DNA of 64,000 nucleotides from Candidatus Bathyarchaeota archaeon (GTDB lineage Archaea > Thermoproteota > Bathyarchaeia > Bathyarchaeales > Bathycorpusculaceae), in assembly GCA_963815095.1 (NCBI GenBank), contig CAWFFH010000001.1:96001-160000 (forward strand), read 5' to 3'. A program made the translations under genes and the position numbers. Positions 38,801 to 49,490 of the stretch are shown piece after piece. The notes below the pieces were generated by a model. That model did not search any database. It was not told the DNA's origin and saw nothing but the letters and a program-made list of their open reading frames with translations. Each line of letters opens with the position of its first letter. Position 1 is the first letter of the stretch.

Positions 38801-41434
38801 ATGAAACTTAATACAAACAAAAAAACTGTTACTTTTATAATCACCTCTATTCTACTGCTGACTATCAGTTCACAAATGCTTCTATTACCCTCTGCTAACG
38901 CTCATACACCTGGATGGACTATACCGTCTTTTGCATACGTTAGCGTTGCTCCAACACCAGTAGGCGTTGGTCAAACTGTTCAGGTTTACATGTGGGTTGA
39001 TACGCCCCTGCCAAGCGCAGCTATAACTAACGACATTAGACGCCACGGTTATACATTAACAATCACCAAACCCGATGGAAACACTGTTACCCAAAATTGG
39101 GATTTAATCACTGACACAACTGGCGTTCAATTTTATTCTTACACCCCAGATCAAATCGGTACCTATGCTATAAAGTTCAACTATGCTGGTCAAAACTACA
39201 CTTGGAGTGGCACCTACAAAGATGACTTTTTTGCTGCAGCTAACGCAACAACAACCTTAACAGTACAACAAGAGCTATTACCCTTACCCATTCAGACCTA
39301 TCCACTGCCAACAGAATACTGGGCATATCCAATTGAGGGACAAAACACTATCTGGTACACTATTGCATCAAACTGGCTAAATGCCCCTTACATTCGCACT
39401 GGCGCAACTTCCACGGGGGGCGCAGGCTGGGGTAGATACCAAGCTGACGGTGTTGGACCTGAGAGTGCTCACGTTATGTGGACAAAACCAATCCAATATG
39501 GTGGAGTTGTAGGCGGCAATAGTACAGCTATCCCCGGTGAAACCTTCTATATGGGAGGCTCATACAACGTAAGATTTAGCAATGCCATCGTCATGCAAGG
39601 AACACTGTTCTATCAAGAACCTTACGGCAACTCTGGCGCAGGCGGGGATATTGTTTCAGTCGACTTAACAACTGGGCAAGAACTTTGGCGTGTAAATTCA
39701 ACGGCAACAGGTACCTCCATAGTTCCGACATTAGGCTATCTTTATTCCTTTGAAACAGGAAACCAGCACGGTGTCTTACCAAACGGTTTGCTCATTGCAC
39801 CAGTTAATGTATTTGGTCAGGGAACTGTTTGGCGAGCATATGACCCAAGAACTGGCGTATTGACCTCAATGAACATCACTAACGTGCCATCAGGCTCAGC
39901 TGCAGGTAACTTGTCTCCATCATCAGGATCGACAGCTTCAACTGGTGGTCCATCAGGCGAATACCTCATTTACTCATTGACTAATCTTGGAACAACCACC
40001 AACATCAACTATTACCTATCTCAATGGAACTCTTCTAACGTAATCGGAACAAACTCAGGTAACGGTGTAGGAACGTGGTACTCTGGAAATGCAAATGCAA
40101 GTGCAACATCAGCATACGACTGGAACATGTCAATTCCTTCGCTTAAAGGACAATGGAGCATCTTCCGAGATGTTTCATATAACAACTTGCTACTGTTGAT
40201 TCAAGGCAGCTTCGGAACAGGTCCAAGAACCGATGGCGAAGGAGCTAACGTTACAGCAATAAGTCTAAACCCCGCAACAAGAGGACAGGTACTGTGGACC
40301 AAAAACTATGCACCAGCACCAAACAACGTCACAAGAGCATTGGTAGCAGTCGATACAATAGCTGGAACATTTGTCACTGAAGACAAAGAGACATTAGAAA
40401 TTAATGGTTTCAGCTTAACAGACGGTAGTCACCTATGGACAACTGGACCAGTTGTAACGGAGTGGGATACTCTAAGAAGAGACACTTTAAGCGCATATGG
40501 CAGACTCTACGCCTCGGGCTATGACGGAATACTATACTGCTATGACGACAAAACAGGGGATTTGCTATGGACATATGGTAACGGAGGCGCAGGAAACAGC
40601 TCCTATGAAGGCCTCGGAACAGCATACGGTCATATGCCAATGTTCGTTGACGTAATCGCTGATGGCAAAGTCTACTTAGGAACAACAGAGCACTCGCCTA
40701 ACTCACCATTCTACAAGGACGTACGATATAGAGCCGTTAACGCTACAGACGGAACAGAAATCTGGACATTGACAGGTTGGGGTACAGGCATGTACGTTGG
40801 CGCTAACGACATTGTTGCCGACGGATACTTTGTCTATCTCAACTGCTATGACATGCAAATATACTCTGTGGGCAAAGGACCAAGCCAAATGACAGTCTCA
40901 GCACCTGACGTATCAATAGCTTCAGGTTCATCTATCTCTATCAAAGGCACAGTCACGGATATTTCTGCAGGCACAAAACAATCCGTACAAGCAGCGAGAT
41001 TCCCCAATGGCGTAGCCGCAGTCTCTGATGCAAGCCAAAAACAATGGATGGAGTACGTCTATATGCAAAAGCCAAGACCAACCACTGTAACAGGTGTTCC
41101 AGTGACAATAAGCGTTGTCGATTCGAATGGTAACTACAGAGAAATCGGAACAACTACAAGCGACGCAGATGGATTCTTCAGCCTAAACTGGAAACCAGAC
41201 ATCACAGGGCAATACACAGTTTATGCATCATTCGCAGGCTCTGCATCATATTGGCCTTCCCACGCAGTAACCTCCTTTGCAGTGGACCCAGCAGCATCAA
41301 CACCTGCCCCGACAGCAGTGCCAATCCAATCAGCAGCAGACATATACTTCATACCCGCAATCGCAGGCTTATTCGTCTTGGTTATCGTAGTAGCCATCGT
41401 ACTGGCACTATTGATGCTAAGAAAGCACCCATAA
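38801..41434 (+). CDS. Large secreted PQQ-like beta-propeller surface protein with Ig-like domain and C-terminal TM
   Basis: Signal peptide; W-docking repeats (TGQELWR, TGDLLWT, DGTEIWT); WMEYVYMQKP; GQYTVYASFAGS..YWPS; C-terminal TM followed by RKHP. Confidence 0.88.
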   Translation: MKLNTNKKTVTFIITSILLLTISSQMLLLPSANAHTPGWTIPSFAYVSVAPTPVGVGQTVQVYMWVDTPLPSAAITNDIRRHGYTLTITKPDGNTVTQNWDLITDTTGVQFYSYTPDQIGTYAIKFNYAGQNYTWSGTYKDDFFAAANATTTLTVQQELLPLPIQTYPLPTEYWAYPIEGQNTIWYTIASNWLNAPYIRTGATSTGGAGWGRYQADGVGPESAHVMWTKPIQYGGVVGGNSTAIPGETFYMGGSYNVRFSNAIVMQGTLFYQEPYGNSGAGGDIVSVDLTTGQELWRVNSTATGTSIVPTLGYLYSFETGNQHGVLPNGLLIAPVNVFGQGTVWRAYDPRTGVLTSMNITNVPSGSAAGNLSPSSGSTASTGGPSGEYLIYSLTNLGTTTNINYYLSQWNSSNVIGTNSGNGVGTWYSGNANASATSAYDWNMSIPSLKGQWSIFRDVSYNNLLLLIQGSFGTGPRTDGEGANVTAISLNPATRGQVLWTKNYAPAPNNVTRALVAVDTIAGTFVTEDKETLEINGFSLTDGSHLWTTGPVVTEWDTLRRDTLSAYGRLYASGYDGILYCYDDKTGDLLWTYGNGGAGNSSYEGLGTAYGHMPMFVDVIADGKVYLGTTEHSPNSPFYKDVRYRAVNATDGTEIWTLTGWGTGMYVGANDIVADGYFVYLNCYDMQIYSVGKGPSQMTVSAPDVSIASGSSISIKGTVTDISAGTKQSVQAARFPNGVAAVSDASQKQWMEYVYMQKPRPTTVTGVPVTISVVDSNGNYREIGTTTSDADGFFSLNWKPDITGQYTVYASFAGSASYWPSHAVTSFAVDPAASTPAPTAVPIQSAADIYFIPAIAGLFVLVIVVAIVLALLMLRKHP

Positions 41435-41803
41435 ATAAAAATCAAACCAAAATCCTTCCCCTTTTTTAGTCATTTAAAATGCATCGGAGATATAACATGG
41501 GCTGAGAGGACTCTGGCTAAGTATATTTACGACAATAGCCATAGTGTCGAAGAGCGTCTGCATTCGCTCTTTTTCTCCATTTAGAGCCAGAGTTCCAGCA
41601 AACCAGTATTCTCTGATGTCTCCTTTTCTTAAAATAAACCAACTTAATAATGTTCAATAAAGTTTGGATGTGAATTGAACTCTCTTCTTGGAGGAAATCT
41701 CTCCCACATATGATCTTTTTTCTGCTTCTTCTTGTTTCAGAGAGAGAGAGAGAGAAGCAAACCAAAAATCTTAAGCACAACCCAATCGTCATACGAGTTA
41801 CCT

Positions 41804-41843
41804 GGTAGAAGAAGATTGAAAATATTTCACTTCTTCTTCTTTA
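41804..41843. repeat. AGAAG...CTTCT palindromic element
   Basis: GGTAGAAGAAG-att-GAAAATATTTCACT-TCTTCTTCTTTA; 14-nt core identical to the 55.5 kb copy. Confidence 0.7.
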
Positions 41844-42569
41844 AAATGAGTATATCTTATTGAGTTTGGAGTTAAGGTATGCTGAAATCAAGAGTCGTTA
41901 AGATATTTTGTCTGTAACTGTGAAGCCATACACTGTACTCTCCGGAAGGCAGAGTAGTGTTGAAATTTTAAGTTAGTATCTTTTCTGATGCGGGGAATTG
42001 AGCTGCAAATTGAAATGTCAAATACGGCGTACTGTTTGGCTTTTGAACCTCAATCATTTCACCTATAATTGACGCTACGGTGGCTTGATTGCAGTCTTTG
42101 ACGTGTGCATAGTCAAACCATATGTCAGCCATGTAGAATGGTTTTGCATTGAGTGAGAGAATGAGCAGATTAGTACCGATTACTGAAAGCCTTTCAATGC
42201 CCAATATTCCAACGATAAAAAAAAATTGTTCCAAAGCTTTAAAGAGCACCCAAATTTTCCCAAAATTGCGCTAGGTATTAGAGCTTTAATTGTCAATATT
42301 TAAGCTAACAAAGTACGAGCCAAATATACAGCCGTGAGCACAAATGATAGTATGGCAACTCTCAAAGCTGCAATGATTTCAAAAATTAGTCTAGATTGTT
42401 TCAACATTAGTTTCAGCTATATATTAGCCAATATAAGATTTCTGAATCCTGTGTACAATTTGTAAACTCGATTTCGCCGGCGGCTTTGATTTTTTAAGGC
42501 TTCGTATGACCCTCACAAAATTAATAAGATAAGTCCAACGAAAAAGTAAATAAAAGAAAAGTTTTGTTT

Positions 42570-43007
42570 CTATGCGAAGCTAACACATTTTTTGGATTGA
42601 TTGCTTGTTGCAAAGGTCCAGAAGTGTGCTGTGCATTTGATGATTTTTAGTAAGATCAGCCCTGGGTTTTCTGGTGTTAGTCCTGCTTGCTTTAAAAAGG
42701 GTCGGGCGTCAAGCAGCTTCTTTTTCATTTCTAAATCATTAATGAATTCAACTGTTCCGGTTACTCTCATTTGCTGTATTTCTTTGCTCTTAGAGTTAAA
42801 GAAGCAGGCTTCAACTTTAGGGTTAGTTTTTAACTGCTTAATGACGTCTTTGTTGGCGGCAGAGCTGTAGTATAGACCCGTTTTGTCAGCGTACCAAAGT
42901 TGAAATCCTCTTACACGTGCTTGGTTACCTTCAAGTGTAGCTAAGAAGCTAATTGGATTTTCATTTGCAAATTTGATATACTCTTCAGATGCGGATGGTT
43001 GGCTCAT
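42570..43007 (-). CDS. Pyridoxamine 5'-phosphate oxidase-like FMN-binding protein
   Basis: FLATLEGNQARVR, KQLKTNPKVE, MRVTG. Confidence 0.88.
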   Translation of the reverse strand: MSQPSASEEYIKFANENPISFLATLEGNQARVRGFQLWYADKTGLYYSSAANKDVIKQLKTNPKVEACFFNSKSKEIQQMRVTGTVEFINDLEMKKKLLDARPFLKQAGLTPENPGLILLKIIKCTAHFWTFATSNQSKKCVSFA

Positions 43008-43395
43008 TTTATGTTCACAATAAATACTATGGGAAAGTGGTATTTGTTGATTGTGAAAGTTGAAGGGTGGTCACAGTCACAGCTGCAATTTAGTCCAATT
43101 TATGGGATGACTGAAGAGGAGAAATAATGTGAATTAAAGTAAGTGGATAAGGAAAGACACTAATCTAACTCTAAGCTTATTATACATGAGTAATTCTTGT
43201 GAGTAATCGTAGATTTTTTGATTCACCAAATTGTGGGGGCTGCATCTATAAAGGAGGTAGTTACTGCTGGGGACAATGCTCTCTTAATATCTGGAAAAGG
43301 GAAAGAGACTATTAGGTCTAGGCGTTAAAGTTAAGTCGATGGCGTTCTAACAGTAAATTCAGAGAGAGGACGCATCAACTATTCATTTTGGTATG

Positions 43396-43545
43396 TTATT
43401 TTTTGGGTTTCTCTTCATTTGAAATTGGCAAAAATGTCTCAATTCTTTTATTAGGGGTTCGATTTTTCTTTTGAGCCTCTTTGATTCTATATTTGGAATC
43501 TGTTGAATGTGTTATGCTATTTGTTTTAGATTTTTTTGATGTCAT
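43396..43545 (-). CDS. 49-aa basic small protein
   Basis: GAGGT RBS; MTSKKSKTNSITHSTDSKYRIKEAQKKNRTPNKRIETFLPISNEEKPKK. Confidence 0.35.
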   Translation of the reverse strand: MTSKKSKTNSITHSTDSKYRIKEAQKKNRTPNKRIETFLPISNEEKPKK

Positions 43546-43735
43546 TTCTTTTCTACCTCTAAAAATTTTTGATTCGAAGAATTCGATTTTTTATCAGGCT
43601 TGGAAACATTGTTCCCTTAATCCTCATATGAGTGGTAGCGTATAAGCAGTTTTCGGTTTCGTATATTTCGCAGAGCGATTGGTGATGGATTAAATTTAAT
43701 CCAAACCAAAAACTCACTTTTCTTATCGTAAAGTT

Positions 43736-44029
43736 TTATCCGAATTTCGCTAGCACTTGCCTTCCGAAGTCGGTTATTTCGACGGCTTCGAATTCGTAGG
43801 GGCCATGTCTTTTTGCCGGCTCGGGATTGTCGATGAGTTTTGCTTTTGTCAGGTGTCGTACTGCGTCGTTTAGGGCCTCAGGCATTAAACCTGTTTTTTT
43901 GTGTAAGAGGTCTACCGTTACCAAAAGACCTTTCTCAAATTGGGAAAGAATTACAAGAACTCTTTTGGCTGACGGGTCAATCATGTCGAAATCGTCTTGT
44001 TCAAAATCTTCAACCATTAAAAACACCAA
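43736..44029 (-). CDS. Small winged-helix-like protein
   Basis: LHKKTGLMPEALNDAVRHLTKAKLI...ITDFGR. Confidence 0.65.
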   Translation of the reverse strand: MVFLMVEDFEQDDFDMIDPSAKRVLVILSQFEKGLLVTVDLLHKKTGLMPEALNDAVRHLTKAKLIDNPEPAKRHGPYEFEAVEITDFGRQVLAKFG

Positions 44030-44305
44030 TCTAAACTAGGGCAGTCTTACATAAAAACCATTTGAAAAAGCATTATGGAAAATAGCCCTCAAAAATTGAA
44101 AAGAGATGTGTGTTTGGTAGCGACTTTATTTGGTATGTGGGATTAAATTTAGTTAAAGAAAGGGTTTGAGGGAGACGTAAATCGTATATGCCTTCTTCGA
44201 GTGACGTTATGCACATCAAGACAAAAAGAATTATGTGTTAAAGTTTCTATTGCCTATCGATTGGGTCCTCAAGATTAAGCAGGTGTATTGGGAAGGTTTA
44301 AAAAC

Positions 44306-44319
44306 ATGACATATGTCAT
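44306..44319. promoter_or_regulatory. Perfect 14-bp palindrome just downstream of a TATA box, candidate repressor site
   Basis: ATGACATATGTCAT follows TTTAAAAA, upstream of the ATG at 44344. Confidence 0.5.
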
Positions 44320-44343
44320 ATATATTGTTGAAGAAGAGCGCCC

Positions 44344-45150
44344 ATGAAAAAGAAATACTTCGTACTTGCCCTTATTGCAACTATATTTGGAATATTATTG
44401 GTAACTCCAATTGGATCAGCTGTCGTAGCGGATAATGTGCCAGACTTGGAAATTACCACTTTATCAGGCGCTAGTCATGTTTTTACTTCTTCTCAACTTT
44501 TGGCTATGCCTAAAACCATAGTGAACGCTGAACTATATTGCGATGGTGCTCTTGTGACTTATGGCAATTGGGGCGGAGTTCTTGTTAGTTATCTTCTTAT
44601 TCAAGCAGGTGCGAATGCTTCTGAAGTTGGTTCAATTCGATTTGCAGCTTCAGATGGATACCAAGTTACAATACCCATCAAGTTAGCAATGGATCCCGAA
44701 ATAATTGTTGCATATGAAATGGACGGGCAATCACTCGTGGAAGGGCTCCGATTGATTATTCCGGGTGCTAACGGCGCTTCTTGGATTGCAGAAATTGTTT
44801 CCATAACGGTAAGTACTTCAGGAGCTGATTACCCTTCAGCCCAAAGCGTTTCACCCATAGGCGCTGTTAAAGCAAATAATTCGGCGCCAACACAAAGTCC
44901 TACTGCCCAGCCTTCACTCACCCAGCAACAGGCATCTGTTCAACCTCAACCATCAACGCCAGAAAACTCTCCCGGTGTCCAAGCGGTAACTCCAACAAAT
45001 GTGACTCAACCCAATCAGCTAGCAGCAAATCTTCCAGCATCAAATGGAAGTTTAAACTTGCAAACTATTCTATTCGTGATAGGGATTATTTGCGCAATCT
45101 CTCTTTCAGCAGCATATCTGTCCTTTAGGCATAAAAGAAAACAACTTTAG
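44344..45150 (+). CDS. Secreted molybdopterin-binding oxidoreductase-like protein with P/Q/T linker and C-terminal TM
   Basis: LYCDG...WGGV, FAASDGY, IVAYEMDG, LRLIIPG..G..WI. Confidence 0.75.
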   Translation: MKKKYFVLALIATIFGILLVTPIGSAVVADNVPDLEITTLSGASHVFTSSQLLAMPKTIVNAELYCDGALVTYGNWGGVLVSYLLIQAGANASEVGSIRFAASDGYQVTIPIKLAMDPEIIVAYEMDGQSLVEGLRLIIPGANGASWIAEIVSITVSTSGADYPSAQSVSPIGAVKANNSAPTQSPTAQPSLTQQQASVQPQPSTPENSPGVQAVTPTNVTQPNQLAANLPASNGSLNLQTILFVIGIICAISLSAAYLSFRHKRKQL

Positions 45151-45167
45151 CCAATGGTCTAATAGGC

Positions 45168-45920
45168 TTACATGAAGTATTCGCATTCTTCAAATCTGCA
45201 GCTTTGGCATTTTTTTGAATTATTATGGTGTTGTGGCTCAAGTTTCCCCAAAGCTAACAAGGCAAATCTTTGGAGTTTTTGGTTGAGGAAGTCTTCGGCT
45301 TCTTTGGTTTGGTAGCCTTGAAAGATCTTGATACTCTCCAAAGTCGCCTTATCTTTTATGTTAATTATCCATGCCTTCTTCTCGCAAGAAATATCAAAAC
45401 ATTCTTTTTCCTCTAAAGATCCTGTCTCACTAAAGTTTGAATTCAAATAGAGTAGAGTTTGGAGTTTCTGGTTATCAAATGGCTCAAATTGGTTGTGGAT
45501 TTTATTTTTTGAGGCTGGAAATTTGGAGTCTTCTACGATAAGTGTGCGGTTGTTGCGCATGACCTTGTCTGCTCGACCATAGAGTAAGAGTGAAACCCTC
45601 TCATCCCCAAACAAAAGTTCTCGTAGAAAACGTGTAAAGAGGCCTTCGCGGGCAAACTCGATGTCCTTGTTTAAATCTCCAAGTGCTTCGGGGGTGACGG
45701 GTTCAAATTTGAAGTGTTCTTTTTCGTAAATTTCTTCTTTTTCATGTGATTTGATGCCGTCGATTGTGATTTGTGTTTCAGGCGGTTTAATTCCTTTCAA
45801 ATAGTGTTTTATGCGTATTTCGCAGTAGCCCATGCAGGCGCAGAAATCAGAAACCGATGATTTCACCACAACATTGCCATCGAGCGCCTGCTTTATTTCT
45901 ATCATAACCCAACGATTCAC
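45168..45920 (-). CDS. Solo Cas4/Exo5-like PD-(D/E)XK nuclease with Fe-S staple
   Basis: N-terminal YCE, G..SH, GRADKV, EDSK, QTLLY, C-terminal KCQSCRFEEC. Confidence 0.8.
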   Translation of the reverse strand: MNRWVMIEIKQALDGNVVVKSSVSDFCACMGYCEIRIKHYLKGIKPPETQITIDGIKSHEKEEIYEKEHFKFEPVTPEALGDLNKDIEFAREGLFTRFLRELLFGDERVSLLLYGRADKVMRNNRTLIVEDSKFPASKNKIHNQFEPFDNQKLQTLLYLNSNFSETGSLEEKECFDISCEKKAWIINIKDKATLESIKIFQGYQTKEAEDFLNQKLQRFALLALGKLEPQHHNNSKKCQSCRFEECEYFM

Positions 45921-45983
45921 CTAGAGGTTTAAAGCCATTAAGTCTGATTCAAAATAGTCTTCTGGAAAGAAGTAATCGATTGA

Positions 45984-46033
45984 CTGAAAGAAGAAGGAAA
46001 AGCGAAATTTTTCAAGTTTCTTCTTCTTTCAAT
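45984..46033. repeat. AGAAG...CTTCT palindromic element between divergent genes
   Basis: CTGAAAGAAGAAGG ... GAAATTTTTCA ... TTCTTCTTCTTTCAAT. Confidence 0.7.
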
Positions 46034-46144
46034 GTTTAGCATGAATTAACAAAGAACAAAAGATGGCGATGGGGTGTTGTGTTCTGGTTTTGATTTTTTC
46101 TCCATAAGGTATATATTGTATCTTAATATTCTTGCAATTAACTG

Positions 46145-46780
46145 GTGTCCAAATTGGAAAGCAATCAACAAGTTGCAAAAAAATCCATTTTTAACAAAAA
46201 ACTAATCGCAATAATTGTAATAGCTGTTGTAGCAGTTGCTGCAGTCGCCTCTGCTGCGGCACTCTTAACCGCAAGCAATCCATCACCCAACGACCAAAAT
46301 AACGATCAGAATGGATCAACAAATGATCAGACCACTCCGCAATCTTGGATCAAAAAAGGCGCCTGTGCAACCTACTCAGGTCAAGCCGAAATTCTATCCA
46401 TGAGCATCACTTTCAGTGCAAGAATGGAAATAGTTGATGTAAACCAAACACATATTCAACTATCAACCGACTACAACATGTCCACACCTTTCGGTTCAAC
46501 AGACAATTCAACCACAACTTGGATGAGCAGAGAAGACATGAATTTCCAGCCAGAAGACCTACCCTTAAGCAACACCTATACCACCCAAATAACCCTGCCG
46601 AACCTTGGAACCAGAACCTGCACAGTTTATGAATATAGCAGCGAAGGAATTAGCGCAGCATACTACGTTGATAATAGCGTCCAATGGCCAATCAAAATGG
46701 TAATGACCTCTCCTACAGTTGAAGGTTAATCTTACAACATGGACATTAGCCTGGTAGATACAAACATACCAGGCCTCTAA
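46145..46780 (+). CDS. Membrane-anchored extracellular hypothetical protein; in-frame TAA at 46727-46729 probably an error or recent mutation
   Basis: N-terminal TM. The frame continues after the TAA as SYNMDISLVDTNIPGL*. Confidence 0.65.
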
Positions 46781-47026
46781 TAATTTCCGGCTTTATTTTT
46801 TTGTTTTCCCTGCTTTGTTATAGGGAATCTTTTTTTTCTTTCTGTGAATTGAGTTTATTTTGAAAGATGACACTGTTGTGCGAATTGGTTTGCATCATCA
46901 TTATCTTTAAGAGCTCGAGGCGAAGGTTGGGCTTGAACGGTTTCTCTTGATAATCTAAGTTCTGAGGTCCGTCTTTTTCATACCATTTTTTGTTAAACTT
47001 GAGACAGTTATCCATCGTTGATAATC

Positions 47027-47758
47027 CTATTTCCACTTCGTTAGTATCTCTTCTCGTTTGAAAGTAGATTTGCTCAAGAAGAATAGAACAACATCGGCTA
47101 TCAGTACAATGCCTGATAAAATTAGGAGGTTAATTATGCTGAAAGTAATAATTCCTTCGGCTCCTGCAAAGAGTACAGCGACAAATGGAATAAACATCAG
47201 GCCTGCGATTTGGTTTGCACCGCGAACGTCGCTTACTCGTGATGAAGCAATTACTGCTACTTCAATACTGAGAATTGCTGCCAAAGGCGCTAGGAGCAAC
47301 AGCATAACACCCGCGTTCCAGTTGGGAAAATAATAGTATCCTAACCCCCCATTGTACAATATATAATCCGTTGTTGCCATAAAGATTGATGCTCCTGCCC
47401 ATACAGATAGAATAGGCGGTATGAATGAAGCGATGCTTTTTCCAAGAAGAATCTCGCTATCAGTCGTTGGAGTTGCAAGCAACGGTTCCAATGTCTTTTC
47501 AATTTTTTCACCCACTATACTGTACGCTGCTATCGTGCTGGGAAGAACTGTTGCTAAAATGACAAAGATGTAAATGATTGTCTGGGCGCCTATTGATAGC
47601 GTCGTGGGGATTCCAGAGGCAATTTGGTCCCTAATAACGATTGAGAAAACAATCGAAATGAGAAGGGGAAGCCCAACAGTATAGGAAATTATGCTTTTCT
47701 TTCGGCTGATTACCTTAAGCTCCTTGCGGGCTATTTTCCATGGCATCCAAGTAGTCAT
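47027..47758 (-). CDS. ABC-2 type permease
   Basis: IARKEL, AAYSIVGEKIEKTLEPLLATP, ILLGK. Confidence 0.88.
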   Translation of the reverse strand: MTTWMPWKIARKELKVISRKKSIISYTVGLPLLISIVFSIVIRDQIASGIPTTLSIGAQTIIYIFVILATVLPSTIAAYSIVGEKIEKTLEPLLATPTTDSEILLGKSIASFIPPILSVWAGASIFMATTDYILYNGGLGYYYFPNWNAGVMLLLLAPLAAILSIEVAVIASSRVSDVRGANQIAGLMFIPFVAVLFAGAEGIITFSIINLLILSGIVLIADVVLFFLSKSTFKREEILTKWK

Positions 47759-48678
47759 TGTACGTTTTCCCTCAATAGTTTCAGGTAAGCGTCCTCTAGC
47801 GAGCTGCTGGTCACCATAACTGTCTCTATGCGTCCTCCCGCCGAGACAATTGCATTAACCATGTCAGAATTCTCCTCCTCAGGATTCACAACATCGAATG
47901 TTAACTTGTTGCCCTCCCTGACCATGTTCTTCACATCTATTCTTTTGAGCGAATCCAAGATTGCTTCGTTTACTTGTCTTAGTTGGATTACTGTTTTTCT
48001 TCCGTGGACAGAGCGTTCGAGTTCTTGAGGGGTGCCCACTGCCATGAGCTTAGTGTTTAAGATGCCAATTCTGTCGCAGACCCGTTGGGCCTCATAGAGG
48101 TTGTGAGTGTTTAGAAAAATAGTCTTCTTCTGTTTCTTCAGTTCTAAGATGAATTCTCTTACAGTCTTTGCGGATTCAGGGTCTAGATTTGCTGTCGGCT
48201 CGTCCATGAAAATTATTTCGGGGTCGTGAATCAAGGCTCGCGCTATGGCGAGCTTTTGTTTCATACCCTTCGAGAATGCCCCTGCCAGAACGTCTCTTTT
48301 TTCCCATAGTCCAAGTAACTTGAGAAAGTATTCGTTGCTCTCTTTTCGTTGGGCGTCAGTCCGCCTGTACAGCGTTCCGTAATAGTCCAGGTTCTCATAG
48401 GCGGTGAGTGATTCGTAGAGGCCCACATTGTCGGGAACGAGCCCAATTATTTTTCTGATCTTTAAAGCATTTTGTGGTTGACCAATCTCGTAACCGTCAA
48501 CTCTGGCATAGCCGCTTGTCTTGGAAATTAGGCAACAAAGCATCCTTACTGTTGTAGTTTTGCCGGCTCCGTTGGGTCCGAGAAAGCCAAAGATTTCGCC
48601 CTGATTTACTTTGAAAGTTACGTCTTCAACCGCTGTCAGTTCACCGAACTTCCTTGTAAGGTTCTTTGTTTCAATCAT
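47755..48678 (-). CDS. ABC transporter ATP-binding protein
   Basis: GPNGAGKTT, FSKGMKQK, FMDEPT, THNL. Confidence 0.92.
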   Translation of the reverse strand: MIETKNLTRKFGELTAVEDVTFKVNQGEIFGFLGPNGAGKTTTVRMLCCLISKTSGYARVDGYEIGQPQNALKIRKIIGLVPDNVGLYESLTAYENLDYYGTLYRRTDAQRKESNEYFLKLLGLWEKRDVLAGAFSKGMKQKLAIARALIHDPEIIFMDEPTANLDPESAKTVREFILELKKQKKTIFLNTHNLYEAQRVCDRIGILNTKLMAVGTPQELERSVHGRKTVIQLRQVNEAILDSLKRIDVKNMVREGNKLTFDVVNPEEENSDMVNAIVSAGGRIETVMVTSSSLEDAYLKLLRENVQ

Positions 48679-48755
48679 TTGATGTCACCGAGGTTCTGCG
48701 TTTTGGTGTGGTTGGGCGGTTGGTTAAACTTTGGTTCAATTCGATGCCAAACAGG

Positions 48756-49430
48756 TTAGTTTATCTCCTGTGTCTTTTTTGCTCTCCACCATAGAATGCC
48801 AATTACCACTCCCACTGTGCTTATTACCAAAATAATTAGTAACCCTTCTAGGTTTATGAGGAGAAAACCAGTATTGTTCTGATTTCCCCACATATTTGTC
48901 TTAATTGCAGTTACGTTAATGGAATAACTGTCGAATACATCGATGCATTGGACAAAAACGCCTGTTAATTTATCCCAATGTTTAATTCTTTGGGGAGTTG
49001 TAGCGTTTGTTATCGACCGTGTATCTCCTGCCCATGTTAGTTTTTGTTCACCTTGAATTGTTACCTGTTGACCATTTGAATCAAGGAAAGAATCGCCTGT
49101 TTCAAGGTTTGCTGGAATAATAAACCAGGCTCCAACTTCGCCTTTTTCTAAGTTCAAAGTCATCGTTAGACTTGAGAGAGTTCCGTTAGAAGCTTTTGTG
49201 GTGATATTGGTTTTTATTATTGCGCCCTCGACGTTTATGATCTGCATTCTTGCCCATGTTACATTAAATTGTTCTGGAGGGTTTCCCGTAGTTGTTACGG
49301 TATATTCTATCCAATCGCCTTTGTTCACGCCGATGGAAATTTCTCCCTCTACGAGGCTTGCAGTTGGAAGGCTAACTAAGATTGCGATTAAGAAACTAAG
49401 AAAGTATCTATTTTTGAATATTCTTTTCAT
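48756..49430 (-). CDS. Secreted, C-terminally TM-anchored protein (GVxKGDWIEY family), paralog A
   Basis: Signal peptide, GVNKGDWIEY, WDKLTGV, TNMW, C-terminal TM. Confidence 0.75.
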   Translation of the reverse strand: MKRIFKNRYFLSFLIAILVSLPTASLVEGEISIGVNKGDWIEYTVTTTGNPPEQFNVTWARMQIINVEGAIIKTNITTKASNGTLSSLTMTLNLEKGEVGAWFIIPANLETGDSFLDSNGQQVTIQGEQKLTWAGDTRSITNATTPQRIKHWDKLTGVFVQCIDVFDSYSINVTAIKTNMWGNQNNTGFLLINLEGLLIILVISTVGVVIGILWWRAKKTQEIN

Positions 49431-49490
49431 TCCTTCCAGGGTATTTGGTTGTGTCTTGAAGGGGAATTGAGAGAGCTTTTTGGTGGTTAG

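Noticed and set aside
41517-42410. ORFs 41517-41792 and 41968-42249 as real genes
   Set aside because: No motifs, a (GA)n microsatellite inside the first, and stop-riddled hydrophobic frames; at most decayed remnants.
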